From Malacoraja senta (taxonomy: Eukaryota), in the NCBI GenBank assembly GCA_038087875.1, contig CM075991.1, positions 12,774,001 to 12,838,000 of the forward strand: DNA of 64,000 nt. Direction: 5' to 3'. Shown here piece by piece: positions 1-11,085 of the stretch. Each line of letters opens with the position of its first letter. The stretch's first letter is position 1. Both the position numbers and the translations under genes were made by a program. The notes beneath the pieces are model-generated. The model was not told the origin of the DNA. It made no database searches and was given only the letters and a program-made list of their open reading frames with translations.

Positions 1-352
1 TTTTCATATCATTACTTAATTTTGTTTTATGGAAAGTGGATTAATGATTTTGGGTAATGGCCATTCATTGAAGTCAGGATGCAAATGCTAATAGATTGGT
101 TTATTTCAAAGGCCCAATTTCCTTTCTTTTTATTTCGAACTTTTTTATCCATGTTTTGTTTCTTGGCATTATCCCTCGCACACCTTTAGGCGCTGTAGGC
201 ACATTGACTTCCTGAGTTCCTCCCTTAACTGTTTGGTTGACTTTGTCCGTTTGATGGATAAGGAGCTTTTCTCTGCACAACACATTGTTGCATCAATTTG
301 CTTCAGAAGCTCCCGACTTATTGAAAATTTACATTAGTTTTGTTTCTTGCAG

Positions 353-427
353 ACTAATTCATGCCCTTTATGCCGACTCGAATTGCCCACAGACAATGAA
401 GAGTATGAAGAGTACAAGCAAGAAAAG
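353..427 (+). CDS. RNF181: RNF181 RING-H2 E3 ligase, penultimate exon (earlier exons lie left of the window)
   Basis: ttcttgcag|ACT...AAG|gtaaga; translates [25 protein letters not shown], the end of the RING (CPLC) plus the ELPTD motif of RNF181; phase 0/0. Confidence 0.93.
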
Positions 428-715
428 GTAAGATGAGAAAAATACTGCAGTTATTGAAGACGTGGAAAAAAATAAACTGCAGGAAATACCATAGATCGGA
501 TGTTCACTGCAGGCGGTGATGATTTTTCTAGTCAATTAACTTTCATAAGAAATGCAAAGTTAGAATTCTTATGCAGATGGAGAACTGGAGGCAAGATTAA
601 GAGATAGAAACAACAAAAGATTTGTGATAGAGCGGAATTCATATGAGGATGAATGATGACAGGGATTAATGGCGCAATATAAAATGGGGCGGCAATGGAA
701 CAAATAATTAAACAA

Positions 716-2218
716 AGGTACACAAAAATGCTGGAGAAACTCAGCGGGTGCAGCAGCATCTATGGAGCGAAGGAAATAGGTAACGTTTCGGGCCGAAACC
801 CTTCTTCAGACTGATAGGGGGTGGGGAGAAGAAAGGAAAAAGGCGGAGGAGGAGCCCGAGGGCTGGGGGAGGGGAGGAGACAACCAGATGGCTGATGAAG
901 GGGAGGGGACAGCAAGGGCTAGCAGAATTGGGAGAATTCAATGTTCAAGCCCCCAGGATGTAGACTGCCCAAGCGGAATATGAGGTGCATTTCCTCCAAT
1001 TTACGGTGTTGCTCGCTGTGGCCATGGAGGAGACCCAGGACAGAGAGGTCAGATACGGAATGGGAGGGGGAGTTGAAGTGCTGAGCCACCGGGAGTTCAG
1101 GTTGGTTATTGCGGACCGACCGGAGGTGTTCGGCGAAACGATCGCCAAGCCTCCGCTTGGTCTCACCGATGTAGATCAGCTGGCATCTAGAGCAGCGAAT
1201 GCAATAGATGAGGTTGGAGGAGATGCAGGTGAACCTCTGTCCTCATTCTTCAGGGAACGGGGGTTCCCCTCCTCCACCATAGATGAGGCTCGCACCAGGG
1301 TCTCTGCCATACCCCGCAACACTGCTCTCTCTCCCCATCCCCCCACTCACAACAAGGGCAGAGTCCCCCTAGTCCTCACCTTTCACCCCACCAGCCGTCA
1401 CATACAACAAGTGATCCTCCGTCAGTTTCGCCACCTCCAACGTGACCCCACCACTCGCCACATCTTCCCATCTCCCCCCATGTCTGCCTTCCGCAAAGAC
1501 CGCTCCCTCCGTAACTCCCTTGTCAATTCTTCCCTTCCCTCCCATACCACCCCCTCCCCTGGTACTTTCCCTTGCAACCGCAAGAGATGCAACACTTGTC
1601 CCGTCACTCCCCCCTCTACTCCATTCAAGGACCCAAGCAGTCGTTCCAGGTGCGACAGAGGTTCACCTGCATCTCCTCCAACCTCGTCTATTGCATTCGC
1701 TGCTCTAGATGCCAGCTGATCTACATCGGTGAGACCAAGCGGAGGCTTGGCGATCGTTTCGCCGAACACCTCCGGTCGGTCCGCAATAACCAACCTGAAC
1801 TCCCGGTGGCTCAGCACTTCAACTCCCCCTCCCATTCCGTATCTGACCTCTCTGTCCTGGGTCTCCTCCATGGCCACAGCGAGCAACACCGTAAATTGGA
1901 GGAAATGCACCTCATATTCCGCTTGGGCAGTCTACATCCTGGGGGCATGAACATTGAATTCTCCCAATTCTGCTAGCCCTTGCTGTCCCCTCCCCTTCAT
2001 CAGCCATCTGGTTGTCTCCTCCCCTCCCCCAGCCCTCGGGCTCCTCCTCCACCTTTTTCCTTTTTTCCTTTCTTCTCCCCACCCCCTATCAGTCTGAAGA
2101 AGGGTTTCGGCCCGAAACGTTACCTATTTCCTTCGCTCCATAGATGCTGCTGCACCCGTTGAGTTTCTCCAGCATTTTTGTGTACCTTCGATATTCCAGC
2201 ATCTGCAGTTCCTTCTTT
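716..2218 (+). mobile_element. 5'-truncated Penelope-like retroelement (Neptune-type) with an inverted upstream pseudo-LTR
   Basis: 1242-1976 encodes, across one frameshift, RT-thumb/linker sequence, a Cys motif (CNRKRCNTC) and a GIY-YIG endonuclease (LVYCIRC...YIGETKRRL...RFAEH...HF...GMN). 715-1241 is the reverse complement of 1654-2188. Flanked by the direct repeat aacaaataattaaacaa (699-715, 2219-2235). Confidence 0.92.
2094..2122 (+). ncRNA. Minimal type I hammerhead ribozyme motif in the Penelope pLTR (inverted copy at 781-809)
   Basis: CUGAAGA-A-GGGU(UUCG)GCCC-GAAAC-GUU-A: core boxes CUGANGA and GAAA, stem II, palindromic ACGU in place of helix III; typical of PLE-associated minimal hammerheads. 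Confidence 0.7.
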
Positions 2219-4314
2219 AACAAATAATTAAACAAGATGGGTCTAAAAGAGTTTTACGGGAGGTGGGGGAAAGCAGAATAACAACTGAAAAATAGGAGAC
2301 TGATCATAATTTGAAATAGTTGTAAAGGCAAGCAGCGGTAAACTTTTCACAAAAACAAACCGAATTGAGGGGTTTGGCAAAGTAATCAATGTTTGACTTT
2401 CCCAGTGTAGTAGGAATAGTACAATACTGTGAAGATTTTACGCTAAATTTAAAGAATTACTCTTTCATCTTGGAGTGTATTAGCGTCATGAATGTGAGAA
2501 GGTAGGACATAAAAAAGGCCTGGTGTTCCATCTCCTAGATAGACACAAAATGCTGGAGTAAATCAACGGAACAGGCAGCATCTCTGGATAGAAGGAATGC
2601 TGAGTTATTCCAGCATTTTGTATATATCTTTGGTGTAAACCAGCATCTGCAGTTCCTTCCTACACACACCATCTCCCACGCTGGCATAAACATTGCTGTG
2701 GAAAGAGTGGTGTCACTTGGGTAAAGACAGATGCTGGCCTTTAGTAAAGGGCCCACATGAAGTAGGTGTTGGGTCCAAGGCAGGAAGTTTTGGGGATAGT
2801 ATGCCAGTGATGGAGGGAATTCATGTGAACGATGGTATTGAACTTTATAGTTTAGTTCATCACATGCATGATTACTGCCCTGTAAAGTGATTTCACTGTG
2901 GTACAACATTTGCCCTTTGAGATGTAAGTTATAGATGGGTTGATTAAATGTGGAATCGTTAGTTGATAATCCCACACATTCACCTCTTGGAACTGAGGAT
3001 ATGATGTGCTTCGTGGATGTATCTGTCCATTGCGTTGAATAGATTAGGCAATTGGATAGCCTGCCATTTTGTTGTCTAAACTTGGGCACAATGACCTATT
3101 TTTATGGATGTGTGGAGTTGTATAGCCGTCCAGTGGGAATCACTGGGGATAGGGGGAATAGGAAGAAAATTAAAAAAAACCTGCTTGTTCGCCTGTTGCT
3201 CTGATGTGCAAGTATGTGTTCAAGTATGTCACTGTATGTCATATTGTCACTTGCGAGTGGAGCACCAAGGCAAATTCCTTGTATGTGAACATACTTGGCC
3301 AATAAACGTATTCATTCAATCCACAAACATGGAATTGAATGTTGTGTTATCAATGAGGTATATGACACAATTGACTTACTTACCTCTATCGTCACGCAGA
3401 AGCATTGCTTCTTGCTCTACAAATGCTGCCTGGCATGGTGAGTAATGTATAGTTGTTTGTATTTCAGACAATCAGCATCTAGAGTGTTTTGCTTTTGTTT
3501 GGTTGTTTTCAAGTTCAAGTTCAAGTGAGTTTATTGTCATGTGTCCCTGGTAGGACAATGAAATTCTTGCTTTGCTTCAGCACAACAGAACATAGAAGGC
3601 ATTGACTACATTTTATATTATTGGCCCTATCATAGGATTTTGCTAATATTTTAGCCCGAGTAAGTAACATTTTTAGCGCTTTTTTGTATTTTAGCTCTTA
3701 GGGCTAACGGAATCAAGGGATATGGGGAAAAAGCAGGACCGGGGTACTGATTTTGAATGATCAGCCATGATCATATTGAATGGCGGTGCTGGCTCGAAAG
3801 GCCGAACGTCCTACTCCTGCACCTATTGTCTATGTTTCCATGTTAAGTATCATGGATGCAAGATGCCATCTGAGGCGTATCTTTTCGAGGAAGAAGCATC
3901 ACCAAAGACAAAACCATCCTAGTTGAAGAGCACCCATTCCTTCTCTCCAGAGATGCTGCCTGCCCGCTGAGTTACTCCAGCTGTTTGTGTCAGGTGAAAG
4001 ATGCCTCAGACAACTTGCAGGAGAATGACCTGCATGTCAACCTCATTCTGACTTGCCCATCAGACAGCACATAAGATAAATAAAACTGGAAGCAAAGGCA
4101 GCTGATGGATGTCAGGGATCGCAGACAGACCGCTCAGGCAGCTAGGAAAACGGACTCCAACACCAAAGGAGCCACGGAGGCAGCAGTACCAGAGATCTAC
4201 AGGGGGATTCAAAGCAGCTGCAGCAAACGTTCATGTATTGTTGACAAATTGGAGCACTGCTAATAATGCAGAGTGGTGACCGTTCTCAAAGGTGTTTTTT
4301 AATTCTACCTCCAG

Positions 4315-4374
4315 GAGAGAAGAAAACAGAAGGAGCAGCGCTTGGAACACTTGCACGGTGCGATGTACACGTGA
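4315..4374 (+). CDS. RNF181: RNF181 last coding exon
   Basis: ctccag|GAG...TGA; ERRKQKEQRLEHLHGAMYT*, matching the conserved LHGAMYT C-terminus; in phase with exon 353-427. Confidence 0.93.
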   Translation, partial: ERRKQKEQRLEHLHGAMYT

Positions 4375-4805
4375 CCACCAGCAGGGGGCCTTTCCCCAGA
4401 CATTCCCATCTTTGCCTTCCAGTGGATATTACAGTGACTATCCCGGCTCCTTGACCACATACCAATTGGCACTGCCCGAGTTTGCCCCCTCTGTTAAACA
4501 AATGTTGTACAAGAATCAAGGATAGCTATGTGCAGCATGCTCTAGAAAGTCATAGAACCTCACTTTTACCCCCTTTTGCTTGTGTAGGTAGACAACTCTG
4601 TTTATTGTGGCTGCTGGTTGTAAACTTATTCCTTCTCATTTCAAATTAATTTTTAAAAGTTGTTTTTAAAGAGCATCATGCTATGACATTCCTCATGAGA
4701 AAAAAGGCATACATATATAAAAGCTCCATCCCATTGAAGCAGTACATCTGTTTGCAGGTGGAACAAACTTAATTCATTTCTTCTCTTGCTCAGGCATCCC
4801 TTATC

Positions 4806-4906
4806 TGGGGAAGTCTGAGGAAGGGTTTCGGCCCGAAACGTTACCTATTTCCTTCGCTCCATAGATGCTGCTGCACCCGCTGAGTTTCTCCAGCATTTTT
4901 GTGTAC
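4806..4906 (+). mobile_element. Short Penelope pLTR fragment in the predicted RNF181 3' UTR
   Basis: Near-identical to 2090-2188; flanked by the direct repeat catcccttatc (4795-4805, 4907-4917). Confidence 0.85.
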
Positions 4907-5170
4907 CATCCCTTATCCTCCTCCCTGTTTCGTCTTGCATGGGATGCCACTTCCATTGAGGTCACGAGTCCTTGTGCACAATTACCCACTATGCTGACAG
5001 AACACCTTTACCCCCAAGTCAAAGCTACCTACTAATCTATATTCCAAACCTTTTCAGATCTGTTTAAATAATTTGTTTTTTTTAATCTAAATTAATTGTA
5101 AAAGTTAAAAGAACACAAGTGCACATATGCTTAAAGCAATTAAAACATTAAAAGTAATTTATTTGAATCA

Positions 5171-5176
5171 AATAAA
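5171..5176 (+). terminator. Probable RNF181 polyadenylation signal
   Basis: First AATAAA I see after the stop (ATTAAA variants at about 5140-5152), followed by a T/GT-rich tract. Confidence 0.55.
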
Positions 5177-5834
5177 TAACTTTGCTTTGTTTCTAGCAAT
5201 TCTTCTGTTTATGTCTCAAGAGTTGAAGAGATATTTGCAATGTCCTGTTGGACCGTGCCGAGGTGTGTGCCAACAGCTCGCGGGTACTCCACAGCTGGTG
5301 CTTAGAGTGAGATGCTGTGGTACAACCCTTACTCAGCAATAGCCCAGCTGTGGGCATATCATGACACAAGATGTCCGTTCAATGAAATATTATTTGATGC
5401 CCTTTTCCTCTTCATCTTTTCTAGGAACTGATTCATCCTGGGGTATGTTTCTGCTAGTAGATACACACAAAATGCTGGAGTAACTCAGCGGGACAGGACT
5501 AGAATAGAATAGAATCTAGAATCTGGATAGAAGGAATGAGATAGAAGGAATCCAGAGATGCTGCCTGTCCTGCTGAGTTACTCCAGCATTTTGTGTCTAT
5601 CGTTGGGGTAAACCAGCATCTGCAGTATCTTCCAGTACAGGTTTCTGCTGGTCCCTTGTGTACATTTGAGAAAAAATGTATAGTGTGCAATTATCAGTAG
5701 TTTAATTGACATAACTAGCTGAGATTTATGTAGGGTTATTAATGTGTTATTAATATCCATCTGCCATTCACCCCTCCCAATATAATGGTCCTTACTTATC
5801 CGAATGCAGCACTGGCAGTCTATGTGTTCCTGCT

Positions 5835-6125
5835 TAGTGTAGCTTAGAGATACAGCGCGGAAACAGGCCCTTCAACCCACCGATTCCATGCTGACCAGCG
5901 ATCCCCGCAGACTAACAGTACCCTACACACACTAGGGACAATTTACATTTATAACAAGCCAATTAACCTACAAACCTTTGGAGTGTGGGAGGACACGGAT
6001 GATCTCGGAGAAAACCCACCCATTTACGTGGAGAACGTACAAACTCCGTACAGACAGCAGCCGTAGTCAGGATCGAACCCGGGTCTCCGGTGCTGTAAGG
6101 CTGCAACTGTATCGTGCCACCATGT
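5835..6125 (-). mobile_element. tRNA-derived SINE (HE1/V-SINE type)
   Basis: Reverse complement of the SINE at 32331-32635; B box ggttcgatcc; CR1-like 3' tail. Confidence 0.8.
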
Positions 6126-9100
6126 CGTCTCCACTCACCTGTTCCATCTGCCTCCCTCTTATTAGTTATCTAGCTCTCTCATTTCACTCCTCTCATTCCC
6201 ACACTAGGATTCATACGTCCCTCACCCATCACATCTCCTTGGTCCACAGATCATCTCTCCCTTTTTTGATCATGCCCTGCCCCTCGCCTCTTTATGCAAG
6301 TTAACTCCCTCTCCAGTCTTGGTCCTGATGCAGGATTTTAACGCAACAATTCCTTAGACAGACACAAAATGCTGGAGTAACTCAGCGGGTCAGGCAGCAT
6401 CTCTGGAGAGAAGGAATAGATGATGTTTCGCGTCAGAAATCCTTCTTCATACCCAATTCAGTTTGTTGAAATGTCTGAAGAAGGGTTCTGACCCGAAACG
6501 TTGCCTATTCCCTTTCTCCAGAGATGCTGCCTGACCCGCTGAGTTACTCCAGCACTTTGTGTCTGCCTTCAGTATAAACCAGCAGCTGCAGTTCCTTCCG
6601 ACACAAGCAACCATTCTTTTCCGCCCACAACTGCTGAGTTTGTCCAGCACATTGCAGATGCTGGAATCTGGACCAACAAGCCGTCTCTTGTAACTCCACG
6701 TAGCTACACTCTTTGATGTGACTCAGAGTAAGCCAATAGACAATGTCTGCTTTGTTATAATCATAAAGCCCTTCTCAATGGAAATTAGCTTCATTTAGAC
6801 GGATGGGTATTGTGGAGGCAGGAAAATAGCTTTGATTGTTTCATAGCTTTCCCTGAGTATTATCTAAACAATATTAGTAAAGTGGAACATACTGAGGAAA
6901 TAAGATTAGAATGTATGTATAGAAACAGAAGCCAACAAGACTCTGGTCCTTGGATGAAAGGAAGATCTTGTGGTTATCTTTAAATCATTTATCTAAATTG
7001 TGCCAAACATTATTATCTGTTACCATCCAACTGTTTGCTTCAAAGGTCATCATTTATAGCATTCCAAACGTAATCTCTGTGAAGAACAACCTCGGCTATA
7101 ATTCCTCATGTAGAATTTCTGCAATCTCTTTCGCAGTAATTTCATTTTCTTGGCTTCCATTGTCCAAAGTTTACAATATTGGTTCTTTCTCATTGCACTC
7201 CTTTTTATGATGAAGGCAGACACAAAAAGCTGAGGTAACCCAGTGGGTCAGGCATCATCTCTGGATAGAAGGAATGGGTGACGTTTGGGGTCGAGACCCT
7301 TCTTCAGTGTCTATCTTTGGTTTAAACCAGCAGCTGCAGTTCTTCAGACTGAATCATGATGAAGGTTGGGCTAAGAGTAGAGGGGAAAAAAAGTAAAACT
7401 TCATAACAATGAGAGAATTCCATCGGATAGCTGCTGCTGGAAAGAGTGCAGATGTGGGTTGGGAAAAGGATGGGAACGTTATATGGAGGTATCCTGTTGA
7501 TAGCACAAGGCCAGGAGGGAATGGACTGGGCCCTCAGCAAAGCTTGTTCTGGCCCAGCCTGACATCTCCAACAACAAGTCCCTCCAGGTGAGATGGGAAT
7601 AAAATGAATGAGTTGAGAGGAAGAACAAAAACAAACATATTCAAGTGTTACGTTATCTTTTGCTGAGTTTATGTTGCATGATGCAGTTCAAAACTAACTT
7701 TACTTACAAATAAAATTGTGTTAACGAGGATTAAGAAGGAACTCGGTTTTCTTTTAAAGAATCAGGTCTGAAAACCGTTCCTGTAACCAGAAAATTGATC
7801 TGTGGCGAGAGAAACAGTTAATGTTTCTGGTCCATAGCAAGGGACAGTATCATCAGGCAATGTGAGGAGAAAGTGAGAGGGAATAAGTGAATTGGACAAG
7901 CAAGGTGTGTGAACTTCAGAATTAATTTCATTTGATGCATTTTATTTTACTGCCAGTTGTTTCTGAAATTGAATGGCTCAACTGGAGATATTTTTCTGTA
8001 CAAAGCCCAGTTATGAGTGAAGTTATATGTCATGTACACAGCAAATAGAGAGGTGATAGACACAAGATGCTGGAGTAACTCAGTGGGACAGGCAGCATCT
8101 CTGGAGAGAAGGAATGGGTGATGTTTCGGGTCGAGACTTCAGTGTCTATCTTCGGTTTAAACCAGCATCTGCAGTTCCTCCCGACACATTTCGTCAGCTC
8201 CACTGCAAAATCTCCAAAAAGGTATGTCTACTTTGAAGAAGTTCCTCTCCCATTCCTTCTCTCCAGAGATGCTGCCTGTCCCGCTGAGTTACTCCAGCAT
8301 TTTATGTCTAAAATGTATTACTTTCTTGTTCAAAGCCCTTTGTTCTAGTCATTTATTCAAACAGTCTCTTCTGGAAGATGGATAAATGAAATTAAGAGAG
8401 ATAGCATGAAGATCATCCCTGCTACCTGCACAGTTGGTTAATTTTGATCGTCACCATTTCAGGGAAGGGGAGGGGGGGGGGGGTTAAATTCTCCCTACGG
8501 CCCTTGAGTCAGTGAGGAACACGACTCGCAAGGGTTTTCAGGTCGGGACTGCTTTCTAGGTTTCCTTGAAGGTAGACACAAAATGCTGGAGTAACAGTGG
8601 GGCAGGCAGCATCTCTGGATAGATGTAGTAGGTGATGTTTTGGGTTGAGACACTTCAGACTGAAACGTCGCCCATTCCTTCTCTCCAGAGATGCTGCCCG
8701 TCCCGCTGAGTTACTCCAGCATTTTGTGTCTATCTTCAGTGTAAACCAGCATCTGTAGTTCCTTCCTACACACTTCTAGATTTCCTTGTTGGAGAGAGAC
8801 TGTGCAGGTCACTTAGTTGGGATTGCAGGCAGTGGCTGTCACTTCTGTAACTGTGGATTTGAAAATAGAATTGCCGGAAGGCAGAATGCTGTCTGCTTGA
8901 CGACAGGATTCACAGTGATGGTTCTATTCATAGCTACTGCTCAGTCTTTCCTCTCTCCAATCCCCTCTCAGGCCCCGTCACCATTTCCACTTTGGAAATG
9001 CTTAATGAAAGATGGTGACCTGTAAATTGTGTTTATTCAGAATGGCATTGTGTGTGAACCTGTTCCTCACAGTGACAGCAGAGTTCCCGGGAATCGCTGC

Positions 9101-9351
9101 AGGCACTGAAAATTCATTCAGATATTTGGTTTTGGATCATTTGCAGGTTTATGGTATTCTGTGTGTTCTCACGAGTGCAGTTACATTGAGTAATGTTTGG
9201 TTTCCAGATTAAGATCAAGAGTGAACAAAATGGGTTTATAACAATCTGGTGATTTAGTGATACCATTACCGATGCTGCCTTGGTATTCCCAATCTACCTA
9301 ATTAATTGAATGTAAATCCTCTGGCTGCCCCCATTGTGTAATATATCTGAT

Positions 9352-9652
9352 CTAATTTAGAGACAGCACGGAAACAGGCCCTTCGGCCCACCGAGTCCGT
9401 ACCGACCAGTGATCCCCAGACATTAACGCTATCCTACACACACTAAGGACAATTTTACATTTATACCAAGCCAAGTAACCTACAAACCTGTACATCTCTG
9501 GAGTGGGGGAGTAAACCGACGATCTCGGAGAAAACCCACGCAGGTCACGGGGAGAACGTACAAACTCCGTACAGACAGCACCCGTAGTCAGGATCGAACC
9601 CGGGTCTCTGGCGCTGTGAGGCAGTAGCTCTACTGCTGCGCCACCGTGCCGT
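9352..9652 (-). mobile_element. tRNA-derived SINE (HE1/V-SINE type), full length
   Basis: Head ggcacggtggcgcagcagtagag (A box), B box ggttcgatcc, tail gggccgaagggcctgtttcc...ctaaa. Confidence 0.85.
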
Positions 9653-10795
9653 GCTTTCAAATTATTTATCTTAGACCCATTACTCTGAAGCATTGGTCCA
9701 GCTGTGACAGTAACAGGATACAGAGAACAGATGCCGTTATCACTTTGCAAACTTGCAATTAGTCAAGTGCAACGGACAATCTCTCAAGCATTTTGTTATG
9801 CATCCGCCTCAGTCTTCCTGCAATTGCTTTCTTTATCATAGTCGCATCTGTGCCCTCTGTGACCTGCCTTGGGAAGTAATATAACAATGGTACCCTGACT
9901 TAGTGAAGAATGCCCTTTAAGAGCTGGTGCCCCAATATGAGTGATTCAGCTGTGCAAAGTGCCAACTGCCGCTCAAAATTCATTGCTCATTTGTCACGAC
10001 CCAAGTTCCTCAATGCTTCTAGAAGTGGTGTGGAAATACAAGGAAATACAAGTGTATCACATTCACTCAGTCTCCTGCTGCACCAATCTACAACAACACA
10101 CAATGAGGAACAGAAACACACCCAACACTGAATTCTGTATCAGTGTGTCTTGTTGCACAATTAGATCTGGTACATCTGAAGCATTGTCATATTTTATCAG
10201 TGATGTTCCCAAAAACTCAGAGTTTGCTTCAAGAACATGTCTATCAACATTATCTCCTTGAAGTAGGTACGTCCACAGCAGTGATAAAGGTTTCTGTTCT
10301 TGCTGTGTCCTGTTAATATCACAGCTGTCCCAATGCAGTGAACTTTGAGGAATGAAACAGCAGTGGCAGGAATAGACCATGTGGTATTTGATCATAACTA
10401 ACTTTGTGCCTCAAGTCTACACTCCAGCCTATTTCAGACTCCTGGCATCTATCGATCTACTTAGCATTGAACATCCTTTGCAACTGAATCATCCCAGACT
10501 CTGAGGTAGAGAAATCCAAACATTCCAAAAAATGTTCTCCTCATCTTAGTCCTAAATGGCAGCTCCCCACCCTTTATCCAGAGGCAATGTGCTGTGCAAT
10601 AGTTCTGCACTCTTCACAAAACTTTCTCTGCCTCTGGTACTTTTCAACAACATCATCTCTCATTGTCCCAAAGCCCAGTGAGTGAAGAAGGGTTTTGACT
10701 CGAAACGACACCCATTCCTTCTCTCCAAAGATGCTGCCTGTCCAACTGAGTTACTCCAGCTTTTTTGTGTCTGTCCCCAGTGAGTGAGTAGTGGA

Positions 10796-11085
10796 CGGCA
10801 CGGTGGCGTAGCGATAGAGCTACTGTGCCAGAGACCTGGGTTCGATCCTGACTACCGGTACTTGTCGAGAGTTTGTACGTTCTCCCCGTGACCTGCGTGG
10901 GTTTGCTCCAAGATCTTCGGTTTCCTCCCACACTCCAAAGACCTACAGGTTTGTAGGTCAATTGGCTTGGTGTAAATGTAAATTGTCCCTAGTGTGTGTT
11001 GGATAGTGTGCAGGGATCGCTGGTTGGTGTGGACTCAGTGGGCCAAACGGTCTGTTTCTGCACTGTATCTCTAAACTAAGCTAAA
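10796..11085 (+). mobile_element. tRNA-derived SINE (HE1/V-SINE type)
   Basis: Same head, B box, core and tail as the other copies. Confidence 0.82.

Noticed and set aside
985..1719. 244-aa plus-strand ORF and its mirror-image ORFs
   Set aside because: Chimera of the antisense inverted arm and the Penelope RT-linker frame; not a host gene.
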